64,000 nucleotides of DNA from NCBI GenBank assembly GCA_038128225.1, contig JAYPJF010000002.1, positions 258,785-322,784 on the forward strand, in the 5' to 3' direction. This document shows positions 9,597 through 18,300 of this stretch, one piece after another (within the stretch, counting starts at the first letter, position 1; the number at the start of each line of letters is the position of its first letter). The translations under genes and the position numbers were made by a program. The stretch comes from a bacterium. GTDB taxonomy: Bacteria > Patescibacteriota > Minisyncoccia > Phycocordibacterales > UBA2100. The notes under the pieces were generated by a model, which saw nothing but the letters and a program-made list of their open reading frames with translations, ran no database searches and was not told the DNA's origin.

Positions 9597-10988
9597 TCAG
9601 CCCTGTGGAATAATATGCGCCTCCCACGGCTCATGCACCCCTTCGTGTCTAAGTTTGCCTCGAAACTCTTCTACGATACGCTGCAGCGCGTCTTCGGTGT
9701 GCGCCTCAAAACGAAGTACAAGCGTAGGCGTGTTTGATGATGCGCGAATCAACCCCCACCCATCTTCGAAATACACTCGCGCGCCACTGATTGAGACAAT
9801 ACGCCGCCCTTCTTGAGCAAATGCCTTTCCCACACGTTCAACAATCGTGTACTTATCCATATCAGTTGTCTCCACTTGGATAGTTGGTGTTGCAACGTAG
9901 TACGGAGTCTTTGCGACCAACGCCGAAACAGATCCTTGGTGTTCAGAAACATATTCAAGGAGCTTTAGCGTGGCAAACAACGCATCGTCAACTCCGTTAA
10001 AATCGCGATAAAAGACGTGACCGCTCATTTCCCCGGCAAGCGCAGCTTTTTCCTCGGCAAGTTTCGCCTTTATATATGAATGCCCCGTCTTCCACATTAT
10101 AGGCACTCCACCGTGTGCCTTAATGTCCTCAGGAAGTGCCTCTGACACTTTTACATCGAAGACAATTTTTTCACCCGGCCCCTCTTGCAGGATTGCCCGT
10201 GCCAAAAGCATCAAATAGCGATCAGCCCATATAGTTACGCCCCGCTCATCGACTACTCCCAGCCGGTCGCCATCACCATCAAACGCTACCCCGATATCTG
10301 CGCGGTGTGCGACCGTTTGTGCTCCAGTGTCGCGCATCATGTCCTCGCTCTCGGGATTCGGTGTGTAGTTCGGATACGCAGCATCGAGTGTCGTGAGATG
10401 TTCGATGACCGTACACCCAAGCGCGCGAAGCACATCCGGTACAATGACGCCCGCAGTTCCATTTCCTGTATTGACGAGTACTGAAAGTGGCCGCGCAAGC
10501 CTTACGCGTGAGACTAAATCTTGTGTGTATGCTGCGGCAACCGACTCAGTACGCTCGCTTCCAACTCCATCGATCGCTGTGTCGCGCTCTACACGCGCGT
10601 ACAATTCTTGTATTTCATCAGGCAAGAGCGTTTGCGCCTTACTACACCCAAGTTTCAATCCATTCCATTCAGCGGGGTTGTGACTTGCGGTAACCATTAC
10701 CAATCCTGGCGCATCAAAGTGAAATTGTGCCCAATAACTCATGGGCGTAGTTACACGCCCAATATCGATTACATGAAACCCGGAGGCAACGAGGGCACGT
10801 CGAGCCTCCTGTGCAAATAGGTGTGATGTGGCACGGCCATCGTACCCAACAATAACGTCGCGCACTCCGCGCTCATGTGCCATGGTAGCGAACGCGCGAA
10901 CGATCACAAAAATACCCTCAGCGTTCAGCTCGTGCGCTACGCGTCCGCGGATGTCGTATTCACGAAACATAGTCGGTTCAAGATGCAT
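9597..10988 (-). CDS. manB: Phosphomannomutase/phosphoglucomutase
   Basis: FREYDIRG, TASHNP catalytic Ser, FDGDGDR metal loop, GEMSGH, RASSNTP. Confidence 0.92.
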   Translation of the reverse strand: MHLEPTMFREYDIRGRVAHELNAEGIFVIVRAFATMAHERGVRDVIVGYDGRATSHLFAQEARRALVASGFHVIDIGRVTTPMSYWAQFHFDAPGLVMVTASHNPAEWNGLKLGCSKAQTLLPDEIQELYARVERDTAIDGVGSERTESVAAAYTQDLVSRVRLARPLSVLVNTGNGTAGVIVPDVLRALGCTVIEHLTTLDAAYPNYTPNPESEDMMRDTGAQTVAHRADIGVAFDGDGDRLGVVDERGVTIWADRYLMLLARAILQEGPGEKIVFDVKVSEALPEDIKAHGGVPIMWKTGHSYIKAKLAEEKAALAGEMSGHVFYRDFNGVDDALFATLKLLEYVSEHQGSVSALVAKTPYYVATPTIQVETTDMDKYTIVERVGKAFAQEGRRIVSISGARVYFEDGWGLIRASSNTPTLVLRFEAHTEDALQRIVEEFRGKLRHEGVHEPWEAHIIPQG

Positions 10989-11132
10989 AGCGGAAGTATA
11001 CTGCGACCGCAAAGTAACACTACTAGTACAAAATCCCCGAAACAGGCCCCCCTATTGATTTTACAACACGACTTTGATAAAGTGGCAAAGGTCTCTTTGA
11101 CAAAGAGAAAAGCCCCTAAGCAAAGGAGAGTG

Positions 11133-12059
11133 ATGATGTCGAGAAAGCAAAAGACGAAGGGCGAAGAATTGCCGGCGCACCTTACTGCGCCAATCACCGC
11201 CGATCACCCGGAGGGCGAGATCGCGACTCAGGCGTTTCGCGCAGCGTACAACAAGTTGCTGCTCCCTGAAGATCGCGCAGCGCGAGTCAACGCGAACCGA
11301 GAATTTTCCGACGCGCTCGCGGGTGTGATCGAGAGATACTCTCTCCCGGAAGACTACGTCAACGAGGAAGTAAAGTCCGACCGTGTCTACGGCAAGGGCT
11401 ACACTCCCAGGCCGCTCGGCGATCAGATCAGTATACTCCGTATCCTTTGGCCGAGTTTGGGCAGTGGCTTCGACAGTAACTTCCCGGCGCTTCCTCACGG
11501 TGCTGAGGCATTGTTCGCCATTCCAAGATGGGAAAAACTAGGTAAGACCTACGCCGAGGCCGTGATATCGCTCTTCGACATGTTAAGGAGGCAGAGTTAT
11601 GGCTCTTTCAGCCATGGCTACTACTTCGACTTCGGCAACGACCTCTGCCAATCAGAAGTGACGAAGCGGATATGGAATCAAATCGGCCAAGCACAGCATG
11701 GCCACGACATACTCGTAATTCCCGCTCAGTTCGGTATTCGACATCGTGGCCGCTCGGTTCGTCGAGCACGCGCTGTCTATGGCCGCAATGAGTTTAGCCT
11801 CGGCGTGTTCGCGGTCGGCATTATGTTGCTGACACATCCAGAACGCCTAAGCAACAAAGATGATTTGGCCGTCAGATGCGCGGGCGACGATTACAAAAAA
11901 CAGCTCTCGCACGAATCATCACTCGATTGGGCTCCGCAATTTTCCGTAGAGAGCGACACCGGCTGTCGGTATCTGCAGTTTCATGAACGTGATAAGGGAG
12001 ATCTCAATAGACAAGAGGAAACCGGCTCTGCGACAGGGTGGGCTACCCCTCAGATGTAG
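11133..12059 (+). CDS. Hypothetical protein
   Basis: Long ORF, AAGGAGAG RBS before ATG ATG, followed by a terminator hairpin. Confidence 0.7.
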   Translation: MMSRKQKTKGEELPAHLTAPITADHPEGEIATQAFRAAYNKLLLPEDRAARVNANREFSDALAGVIERYSLPEDYVNEEVKSDRVYGKGYTPRPLGDQISILRILWPSLGSGFDSNFPALPHGAEALFAIPRWEKLGKTYAEAVISLFDMLRRQSYGSFSHGYYFDFGNDLCQSEVTKRIWNQIGQAQHGHDILVIPAQFGIRHRGRSVRRARAVYGRNEFSLGVFAVGIMLLTHPERLSNKDDLAVRCAGDDYKKQLSHESSLDWAPQFSVESDTGCRYLQFHERDKGDLNRQEETGSATGWATPQM

Positions 12060-12095
12060 CTCGCGTTTCTGTCGGCTCAAGAAAACGCAAAATCC

Positions 12096-12127
12096 CAGGG
12101 CGACCTTCCGGTCGCCCTGTTTCGTTT
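12096..12127 (+). terminator. Intrinsic terminator
   Basis: CAGGGCGACC-TTCC-GGTCGCCCTG then TTTCGTTT. Confidence 0.75.
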
Positions 12128-12208
12128 CAGGCTCTCGCAAGCTAAAACATTGCGTGAGTTGGTAATAACTTATTTACTCGCGAAATTTTATTTTTGTGTT
12201 TGAAAAAT

Positions 12209-12316
12209 ATATCCACAAAAATTGCGGACTTGTACACAGATTTTCCACATGATGTCCCCGAAAAAAGGCAGAAGCGGCGGTTGACTTTGCGAGATTTTCG
12301 CCGACACTGAGGATAA
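12209..12316. promoter_or_regulatory. Cluster of DnaA-box-like 9-mers
   Basis: ATATCCACA 12209, TTGTACACA 12230, TTTTCCACA 12241, TGAGGATAA 12308 (0-1 mismatch to TTWTNCACA), next to an AT-rich stretch. Confidence 0.4.
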
Positions 12317-12509
12317 GTTTGCTCTTTGAAAAGCGGTTCTCTATTAAAAAACATTTAAGGGGCGCAACGTGCCCCACTTGAAAAAAAGGTGGAACCACTT
12401 TACACAGAAGAGCGAGCCCAGCAGCGGGAACACCCCCATCGTAGATGCGGGGTGTTTCCTGTTATCTTTTTTGATAGACTCCACAAAGCACGACGCACAG
12501 GAGATGCTC

Positions 12510-13049
12510 ATGGTTACAAAGCAAAAAGAAGTGTCGTTTGGTACCGAGCGGGAAGCAAGTGGCGCACAACGGCAGCTTGCGCGAACACTACGAGAAATAG
12601 AGAAGACGCGAACGCGCGCGGCAGAACGCATTGACGCAATCAATGCTGCAGCGGACAATCAAGTTGCAATCCTCACTAATCACGCGATCGCGCTTGCAAA
12701 CGCGCTGGAAGCGTATGCGACCAGAGAACGCGAGTTCGCGAAAGGCAAGACGGTCACGATTGCCAGTGCGGGAGTCGTGCGTTGGCTCGATTCCCCGCCC
12801 GCTCTCGAAATTGATGACGTATCTGTGCTTCTGGCACAACTTAGGAAGCGCAAGCGACACCAGTACATTCGCGTGCGAGAGGAGATCGATAAGAGTGCGC
12901 TTTTGCGTGCGCTCCTGAGACGGCCACATATCGCCGCACAGCTTCCGGGTGTACGCGTTGCACGTTCAAGCAGAATTTTGATTCAACCCTCCGGTTCGGT
13001 GCTCGGTATTGAGCGACCCGAATCAAGAAGGCGTTGGCGTGTGAGATAA
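12510..13049 (+). CDS. Mu Gam-like host-nuclease inhibitor / DNA end-binding protein
   Basis: N-terminal coiled coil, K-TVT..G.V.W..SPP, YIRVREEIDKSAL, LPGVRV; CAGGAG RBS. Confidence 0.72.
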   Translation: MVTKQKEVSFGTEREASGAQRQLARTLREIEKTRTRAAERIDAINAAADNQVAILTNHAIALANALEAYATREREFAKGKTVTIASAGVVRWLDSPPALEIDDVSVLLAQLRKRKRHQYIRVREEIDKSALLRALLRRPHIAAQLPGVRVARSSRILIQPSGSVLGIERPESRRRWRVR

Positions 13050-13055
13050 GTACCC

Positions 13056-13088
13056 AGCCCGCGGCTAAGCCGCGGGCTACTCTTTTTT
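13056..13088 (+). terminator. Intrinsic terminator
   Basis: AGCCCGCGGCT-A-AGCCGCGGGCT then ACTCTTTTTT. Confidence 0.8.
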
Positions 13089-13204
13089 AATCATGTCGCT
13101 AAGCACTATGCGACACCATCCTGAGCCTAACAACGCCTCTCAACGCCCAGTTCTCGTGCTAAATAAAGTCCTCGTTTCATCAATAATTACCATTTCGTGC
13201 TAGA

Positions 13205-13969
13205 ATGCTCCCCGTGCCAGCACTCACAATCACTAATGTAACAAAAACATACGCCTCAGGTACACAGGCGCTCAAAGGAGTGTCGCTTGTCGTTCCCGCC
13301 GGAGACTTTTATGCACTCCTCGGACCAAATGGCGCCGGAAAAACAACAATCATCGGTATTGCTACAGGTCTCGTGACGAAGAGCGCAGGCACCGTGGAAG
13401 TTTTTGGGTTTAATACCGATAAAGATCCTGAACACGCAAAGGCCCAGATCGGCCTCGTCGGCCAAGAGATAAACTTCAACCCTTTTGAAAAGCCAATCGA
13501 TATCGTGGTGAATCAAGGCGGGTACTATGGCATACCACGCTCGGAGGCGATTCCTCGAGCAAAACAACTGCTTGCCGATTTGGGATTGGGCGAAAAAATG
13601 AACAATCGGTCTATGGAGCTTTCTGGCGGCATGAAGCGGCGTCTTATGATTGCGCGCGCCCTTATCCACAAGCCACGGTTTCTCATTCTCGATGAACCGA
13701 CTGCGGGTGTCGATGTCGAACTCCGGCGCGGTATGTGGGAGTACCTGCGCAAGCTGACCGCCGAAGGATTGACAATACTCCTCACCACACACTACCTGGA
13801 AGAAGCTGAGCAGCTCGCACAGCATATCGCCATAATCAATAAAGGAACGATAGTCGCTCAGGGAACCAAAGATGACATTCTCGCGCTCCATGACGAAACT
13901 GCACACGCGGGTGGATTTCGCTCAGGAAAACTTGAAGAGGTCTTTCTCCAGCTCACCAAAGAAAAATAG
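13205..13969 (+). CDS. ABC-2 transporter ATP-binding subunit (YadG-like)
   Basis: GPNGAGKT, LSGGMKRR, ILDEPTAGVD, TTH. Confidence 0.92.
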   Translation: MLPVPALTITNVTKTYASGTQALKGVSLVVPAGDFYALLGPNGAGKTTIIGIATGLVTKSAGTVEVFGFNTDKDPEHAKAQIGLVGQEINFNPFEKPIDIVVNQGGYYGIPRSEAIPRAKQLLADLGLGEKMNNRSMELSGGMKRRLMIARALIHKPRFLILDEPTAGVDVELRRGMWEYLRKLTAEGLTILLTTHYLEEAEQLAQHIAIINKGTIVAQGTKDDILALHDETAHAGGFRSGKLEEVFLQLTKEK

Positions 13970-13970
13970 T

Positions 13971-14753
13971 ATGACGCCACAGCAAAAATGGATCAGTTTT
14001 TATACGATGATACGCAAAGATGTTGTGCGCATGTTTCGCATCTGGGTGCAAACGTTCCTCCCGAGCGCAGTTACGTCGATACTGTACTTTTTAGTGTTTG
14101 GCACGGTGCTAGGAAACCGTATCGGTGACATGCAGGGAGTTGATTACATGACGTTTGTTGTGCCCGGATTGGTGATGCTTGCAGTGGTAACGACAAGCTA
14201 CGCAAACACTTCGTTTACTTTTTTTACCTCAAAGTTTTTCGCGCGCTCTATTGATGAAATCCTTGTGTCCCCCACACCACCGTGGGTGATGATTGCCGGT
14301 TTTATTGGCGGCGGCGTTATTCGTGGCGTGATCACCGGAATGCTCGTGCTTACTATTTCGTTGTTTTTTACTGGCCTCTCGCTCTCGATACATAATCTTC
14401 TCGTTATTCTCGGGTTTGGCATACTCACCGCGCTTGTGTTCTCGCTCGCAGGACTGGTGAATGGCATTTACGCAAAAACGATTGACGGCATCAACTTGGT
14501 GCCGACATTTGTTCTGACACCACTTGTATATCTCGGAGGCATCTTTTACTCAGTTCACACGCTCCCTGCGTGGTGGCAAACAATTACCTACATAAACCCA
14601 CTTTTTTACCTGATTAATGGCTTCCGATGGGGGTTTCTTGGCATCACCGACGTCTCCCTCCTACTCTCGGTAAGCATACTTGTCGTGTTAATAATCGCAC
14701 TTGTCTTTGTAAACTGGTACTTCATCAGAACGGGGCTTGGCCTCAAACAGTAG
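13971..14753 (+). CDS. ABC-2 transporter permease (YadH-like)
   Basis: RIWVQTFLP, YMTFVVPGL, PLVYLGGIFYS, NPLFYLINGFR; about six TM segments. Confidence 0.9.
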   Translation: MTPQQKWISFYTMIRKDVVRMFRIWVQTFLPSAVTSILYFLVFGTVLGNRIGDMQGVDYMTFVVPGLVMLAVVTTSYANTSFTFFTSKFFARSIDEILVSPTPPWVMIAGFIGGGVIRGVITGMLVLTISLFFTGLSLSIHNLLVILGFGILTALVFSLAGLVNGIYAKTIDGINLVPTFVLTPLVYLGGIFYSVHTLPAWWQTITYINPLFYLINGFRWGFLGITDVSLLLSVSILVVLIIALVFVNWYFIRTGLGLKQ

Positions 14754-14765
14754 GCTTCTTAAGCT

Positions 14766-14781
14766 CTCATGAAATCTTCAT
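14766..14781 (+). promoter_or_regulatory. Putative OmpR/PhoP-type box (11-bp direct repeat)
   Basis: CTCAT-N6-TTCAT upstream of the response regulator; similar TTCAC-N6-TTCAT at 16616-16631. Confidence 0.4.
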
Positions 14782-14847
14782 CAAGACGGTACATACTGTG
14801 ACCGTGGGCGAAAACTGGGTTTACCCAAGTAAGTTGTCACAACACGT

Positions 14848-15522
14848 ATGAAAATTCTCCTAGTTGAGGATGAAAAACAGCTCGCTGATGCGCTTGCCCG
14901 CGGATTAACACAGAAAGGGTACGCCGTTGATATAGTGGAGGATGGCGAGAAGGCGCTTACCCGCATTTCGCTTCATCGTGAAGACTACGACCTGGTTATT
15001 CTTGATCTCATGCTCCCCAAAAAAGATGGGCTTGAGGTATGCAAAGCTGCGCGCGAATTGGGGGTCACCGTGCCGATTCTGATCCTAACCGCCCGAACAG
15101 AGACCGAGCGAAAAGTCGAACTACTTCTTGCTGGCGCCGATGACTACATGATAAAACCATTTTCGCTCGATGAGCTTACCGCGCGCATTCACGCCCTCAT
15201 GCGGCGACCAAGCGAGAGCAAGCCGGAGACACTCACTGTAGGAAACATCGAACTCAATGTCCAAGAGCGGCGCGTAACTCGCAACGGGAAAGATATCCCG
15301 CTCACACTTAAAGAATTTGGGCTTCTCGAATATTTTATGCGGCGCCCGAATCAGGTCGTGAATAGGGAAAATTTACTGGCTAACTTGTGGGATTTCAACT
15401 ATGTCTCGTTTAGCAACGTGGTGGACGTCCATGTCAAGAACCTTCGACGAAAACTCGATGACGGATCGGGTCTGGCGGTTTTGGAAACAGTGCGCGGCAT
15501 TGGGTATCGACTACGTCCATAA
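14848..15522 (+). CDS. OmpR/PhoB-family response regulator
   Basis: MKILLVEDE, ILDLMLP, GADDYMIKPF, winged helix VDVHVKNLRRKL...TVRGIGY. Confidence 0.95.
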   Translation: MKILLVEDEKQLADALARGLTQKGYAVDIVEDGEKALTRISLHREDYDLVILDLMLPKKDGLEVCKAARELGVTVPILILTARTETERKVELLLAGADDYMIKPFSLDELTARIHALMRRPSESKPETLTVGNIELNVQERRVTRNGKDIPLTLKEFGLLEYFMRRPNQVVNRENLLANLWDFNYVSFSNVVDVHVKNLRRKLDDGSGLAVLETVRGIGYRLRP

Positions 15523-16615
15523 GTATAAGACTGATGCATTTTTCCGTACCGAAGTGCAGGTAGTGTCACTTTCCATCATATTCACGGTTCTTGTTGCAGC
15601 CGGAGGATATGTGTACTTTTGGTCAACATCTACAACACTTGATGCGCCATACTTCTCTTTTTCAGAAGATCCGACGATTGCAGCAATTGAAAGCGTTATC
15701 GCGGCAAATTATTATGACATTCAATACATACGCACACGAAACTACGCAATATACTCGTCACTCGTCATATATCTGGCACTGGTGATGATTTATCTTATCG
15801 TGCGCGTTGCATTCAGGCCGGTGCGAGAGACGCTCACTTCTCAAAAACGCTTCATCAGTAATGTTGCACACGAATTGCGCACGCCGATCGCAACACTCAA
15901 GATACAAGCAGAAGCCTTTCTATTGGAGCCCAACACAACACCGGCCGTTCGCGCTCTTCTCGATGCAAATATCGTGGAGCTCAATCGGCTTTCAGATGTA
16001 ATAAATAATCTGCTTTCAATTGACCCGCCGTTAAACGCCCCTGGCGTCACTTTCACACGCGTAAACCTTGCACGCGTTGCTCAAACGGTTATCAATAATA
16101 TCCATCTTCTGTACGAAAAAAAGCACGTGAACATCTCTTTCAAAAAGGAAGGTCTCGTATTCGTGTGGGGTAATCAAAGCGCACTCGATCAGATCATTGC
16201 AAACGTCTTGAAAAACGCAATTACTCATTCACATCCCTATAGCCAGATTTCAGTAGTAGTGCATCCTACATCTTTCGACATGGTTGAGCTCTGTATTGAA
16301 GATCATGGGGTAGGTATACCGCGCGAGGAGCTCCCAAGAGTATTTGAGCCCTTTTATCGTACGGACACGTCACGCACACGCACAAACGCCTCAGGCGGCG
16401 CGGGACTTGGCCTCGCCATTGTTAATGAGTTGGTAAAGCTCCACAGAGGACGGATTCACATTCGCAGCACTGTTGGTAAAGGAACCACCGTGATTATTCA
16501 CTTCCCTATTGCCGCACTCCAAGAAACAACACTGTCTCCCCGTTTAAGCCCTCGCCCAAATGAAGTGATTGTGGATTATGCTTCGGCACAAATTAAACGC
16601 CTATTTTTCGGATAG
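15458..16615 (+). CDS. Sensor histidine kinase (start uncertain, overlaps the regulator)
   Basis: Two TM segments, H-box AHELRTP, N-box NVLKNAI, DHGVGIP, FEPFYR, GLGLAI. Confidence 0.9.
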   Translation: MTDRVWRFWKQCAALGIDYVHKYKTDAFFRTEVQVVSLSIIFTVLVAAGGYVYFWSTSTTLDAPYFSFSEDPTIAAIESVIAANYYDIQYIRTRNYAIYSSLVIYLALVMIYLIVRVAFRPVRETLTSQKRFISNVAHELRTPIATLKIQAEAFLLEPNTTPAVRALLDANIVELNRLSDVINNLLSIDPPLNAPGVTFTRVNLARVAQTVINNIHLLYEKKHVNISFKKEGLVFVWGNQSALDQIIANVLKNAITHSHPYSQISVVVHPTSFDMVELCIEDHGVGIPREELPRVFEPFYRTDTSRTRTNASGGAGLGLAIVNELVKLHRGRIHIRSTVGKGTTVIIHFPIAALQETTLSPRLSPRPNEVIVDYASAQIKRLFFG

Positions 16616-16789
16616 TTCACTTCTGCTTCATCCACATTTAGTAGTGTGTACGTAGACATGTTCCTTATACGCGCATTATGTGTTTTGAAACCAAAACGAA
16701 GGTCGAGAGATTACCACTATATACACCACATATGGTAAGACTGAGTATTTCTCAAAATCCAGTGAGGATTGTAAAACGTATCATGTGAA

Positions 16790-16834
16790 GCTGGGAGGCT
16801 GTAGCCGTAATGGTATACAGCCTCCCAGCGTTTT
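16790..16834 (+). terminator. Strong hairpin in the leader of the polysaccharide locus
   Basis: GCTGGGAGGCTGTA...TACAGCCTCCCAGC 14-bp stem followed by GTTTT. Confidence 0.7.
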
Positions 16835-16941
16835 ATGGCGTGTGTGTCAGTGTAATGCATCGGCCCGAGCAACGTCTACATAACAGAGCGCGTATATCGT
16901 TCACACTGTGCGTGTGCCTTATTCGCTAAAAATTGCTCACC

Positions 16942-18291
16942 ATGAAATTAGACACTACTCGTGTATCGTCACCTGCGCAGTCGCGCACTCAAAAAGTATA
17001 CCGCCATACATCACCACGCCATAACAGTGTCGTTGTTGTAGGAGTCGGTTATGTTGGCCTTCCGCTTGCATTGCGAGCAGCAGAAAAAGGGTTCACCGTC
17101 TTTGGGTATGACGTCGATCATGAAAAAATTGAACACTTAAAAAGAGGTGTGGCTCCGTACGTCACTAAGGCCGAGCAACAACTTCTTTCCCTTCCCCAAT
17201 TTGTCCCAACAACTGACGAAACCGACATACAAAGTGCAGAGACATACATACTGTGCGTCCCTACTCCCGTCGGCAAATCACACATCCCGAATCTTGCGCC
17301 GCTTCGAAGCGCTGCCGCCGTGGTAGGGACACATATGACACGCGGGAGCCTCGTAGTTGTCGAATCTACAGTAAACCCTGGCGTCTGCGAGGAAGTGGTG
17401 CTCTCTATTCTTGAGAAAAAATCCGGCCTCACGGTTGAAAAAGACTTTTACTTTGCTCACTGCCCCGAACGCATCAACCCAGGCGACACGACATGGAACG
17501 TTACCACGCTTCCTCGAGTTATCGGCGCATCTGGCCATCGAAGTCTCACAAAAGCTGAGGAACTGTATGGGCGCATTATTGAAGCGCCGCTACAAAGAAT
17601 GAGCAGCATAAAAGAAGCCGAAGCGGTAAAAATGGTTGAAAATGCATTTCGTGACATTAACATTGCTTTCGTGAATGAGTTGGCGATGGCATTTGACCGA
17701 GCGGGTATCGATCTGGTGAATGTCATCGAGGGTGCCGCAACGAAACCGTTTTCTTTTATGCCACATACGCCAGGGTGCGGTGTTGGCGGGCATTGTATCC
17801 CCGTCGACCCCTATTACTTAATCAGGTACGGAGAAACCAATAACTTTGTGCACCGATTCCTAAAGACCGCGCGCGTCATCAATAACAGCATGCCGCAATA
17901 CACAGTGCGCAGACTACAAGAAGCACTCGCCCAGATCGATGTTCCAATTTCTCGCGCGCGCGTCGCATTGCTCGGACTTGCCTACAAACGCGACATACCC
18001 GATATACGTGAAAGTCCTGCACTCGTAATTGAACGGCTGTTGCGCGCCAAAGGAGCCACCGTGCATACCTTTGACCCATACGTGAAAGAAGCATCGACAT
18101 CAGCATCGTTAGACGACGCGATCGAGAACGTGGACGCGGTCATTATTGCAACGAACCATACGGATTTTGAGCATCTCAGCCCCAAAGAATTCGAACGCGC
18201 GGGGGTACGGATCGTCATTGATGGTCGAAATTGCCTCGATAAAGAAGCCTTTAGCAAAAGTGTGGTCATCTACCGCGGCATCGGCCGTTAA
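16942..18291 (+). CDS. UDP-N-acetylhexosamine 6-dehydrogenase (WecC/WbpA/TviB family)
   Basis: GVGYVGLP, CVPTP, ESTVNPG, PERINPG, KMVENAFRDINIAF, GGHCIPVDP. Confidence 0.9.
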   Translation: MKLDTTRVSSPAQSRTQKVYRHTSPRHNSVVVVGVGYVGLPLALRAAEKGFTVFGYDVDHEKIEHLKRGVAPYVTKAEQQLLSLPQFVPTTDETDIQSAETYILCVPTPVGKSHIPNLAPLRSAAAVVGTHMTRGSLVVVESTVNPGVCEEVVLSILEKKSGLTVEKDFYFAHCPERINPGDTTWNVTTLPRVIGASGHRSLTKAEELYGRIIEAPLQRMSSIKEAEAVKMVENAFRDINIAFVNELAMAFDRAGIDLVNVIEGAATKPFSFMPHTPGCGVGGHCIPVDPYYLIRYGETNNFVHRFLKTARVINNSMPQYTVRRLQEALAQIDVPISRARVALLGLAYKRDIPDIRESPALVIERLLRAKGATVHTFDPYVKEASTSASLDDAIENVDAVIIATNHTDFEHLSPKEFERAGVRIVIDGRNCLDKEAFSKSVVIYRGIGR

Positions 18292-18300
18292 TCCTTCTCT

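Noticed and set aside
11133-13049. Prophage remnant around gam
   Set aside because: No integrase, transposase, structural genes or att-like repeats seen.
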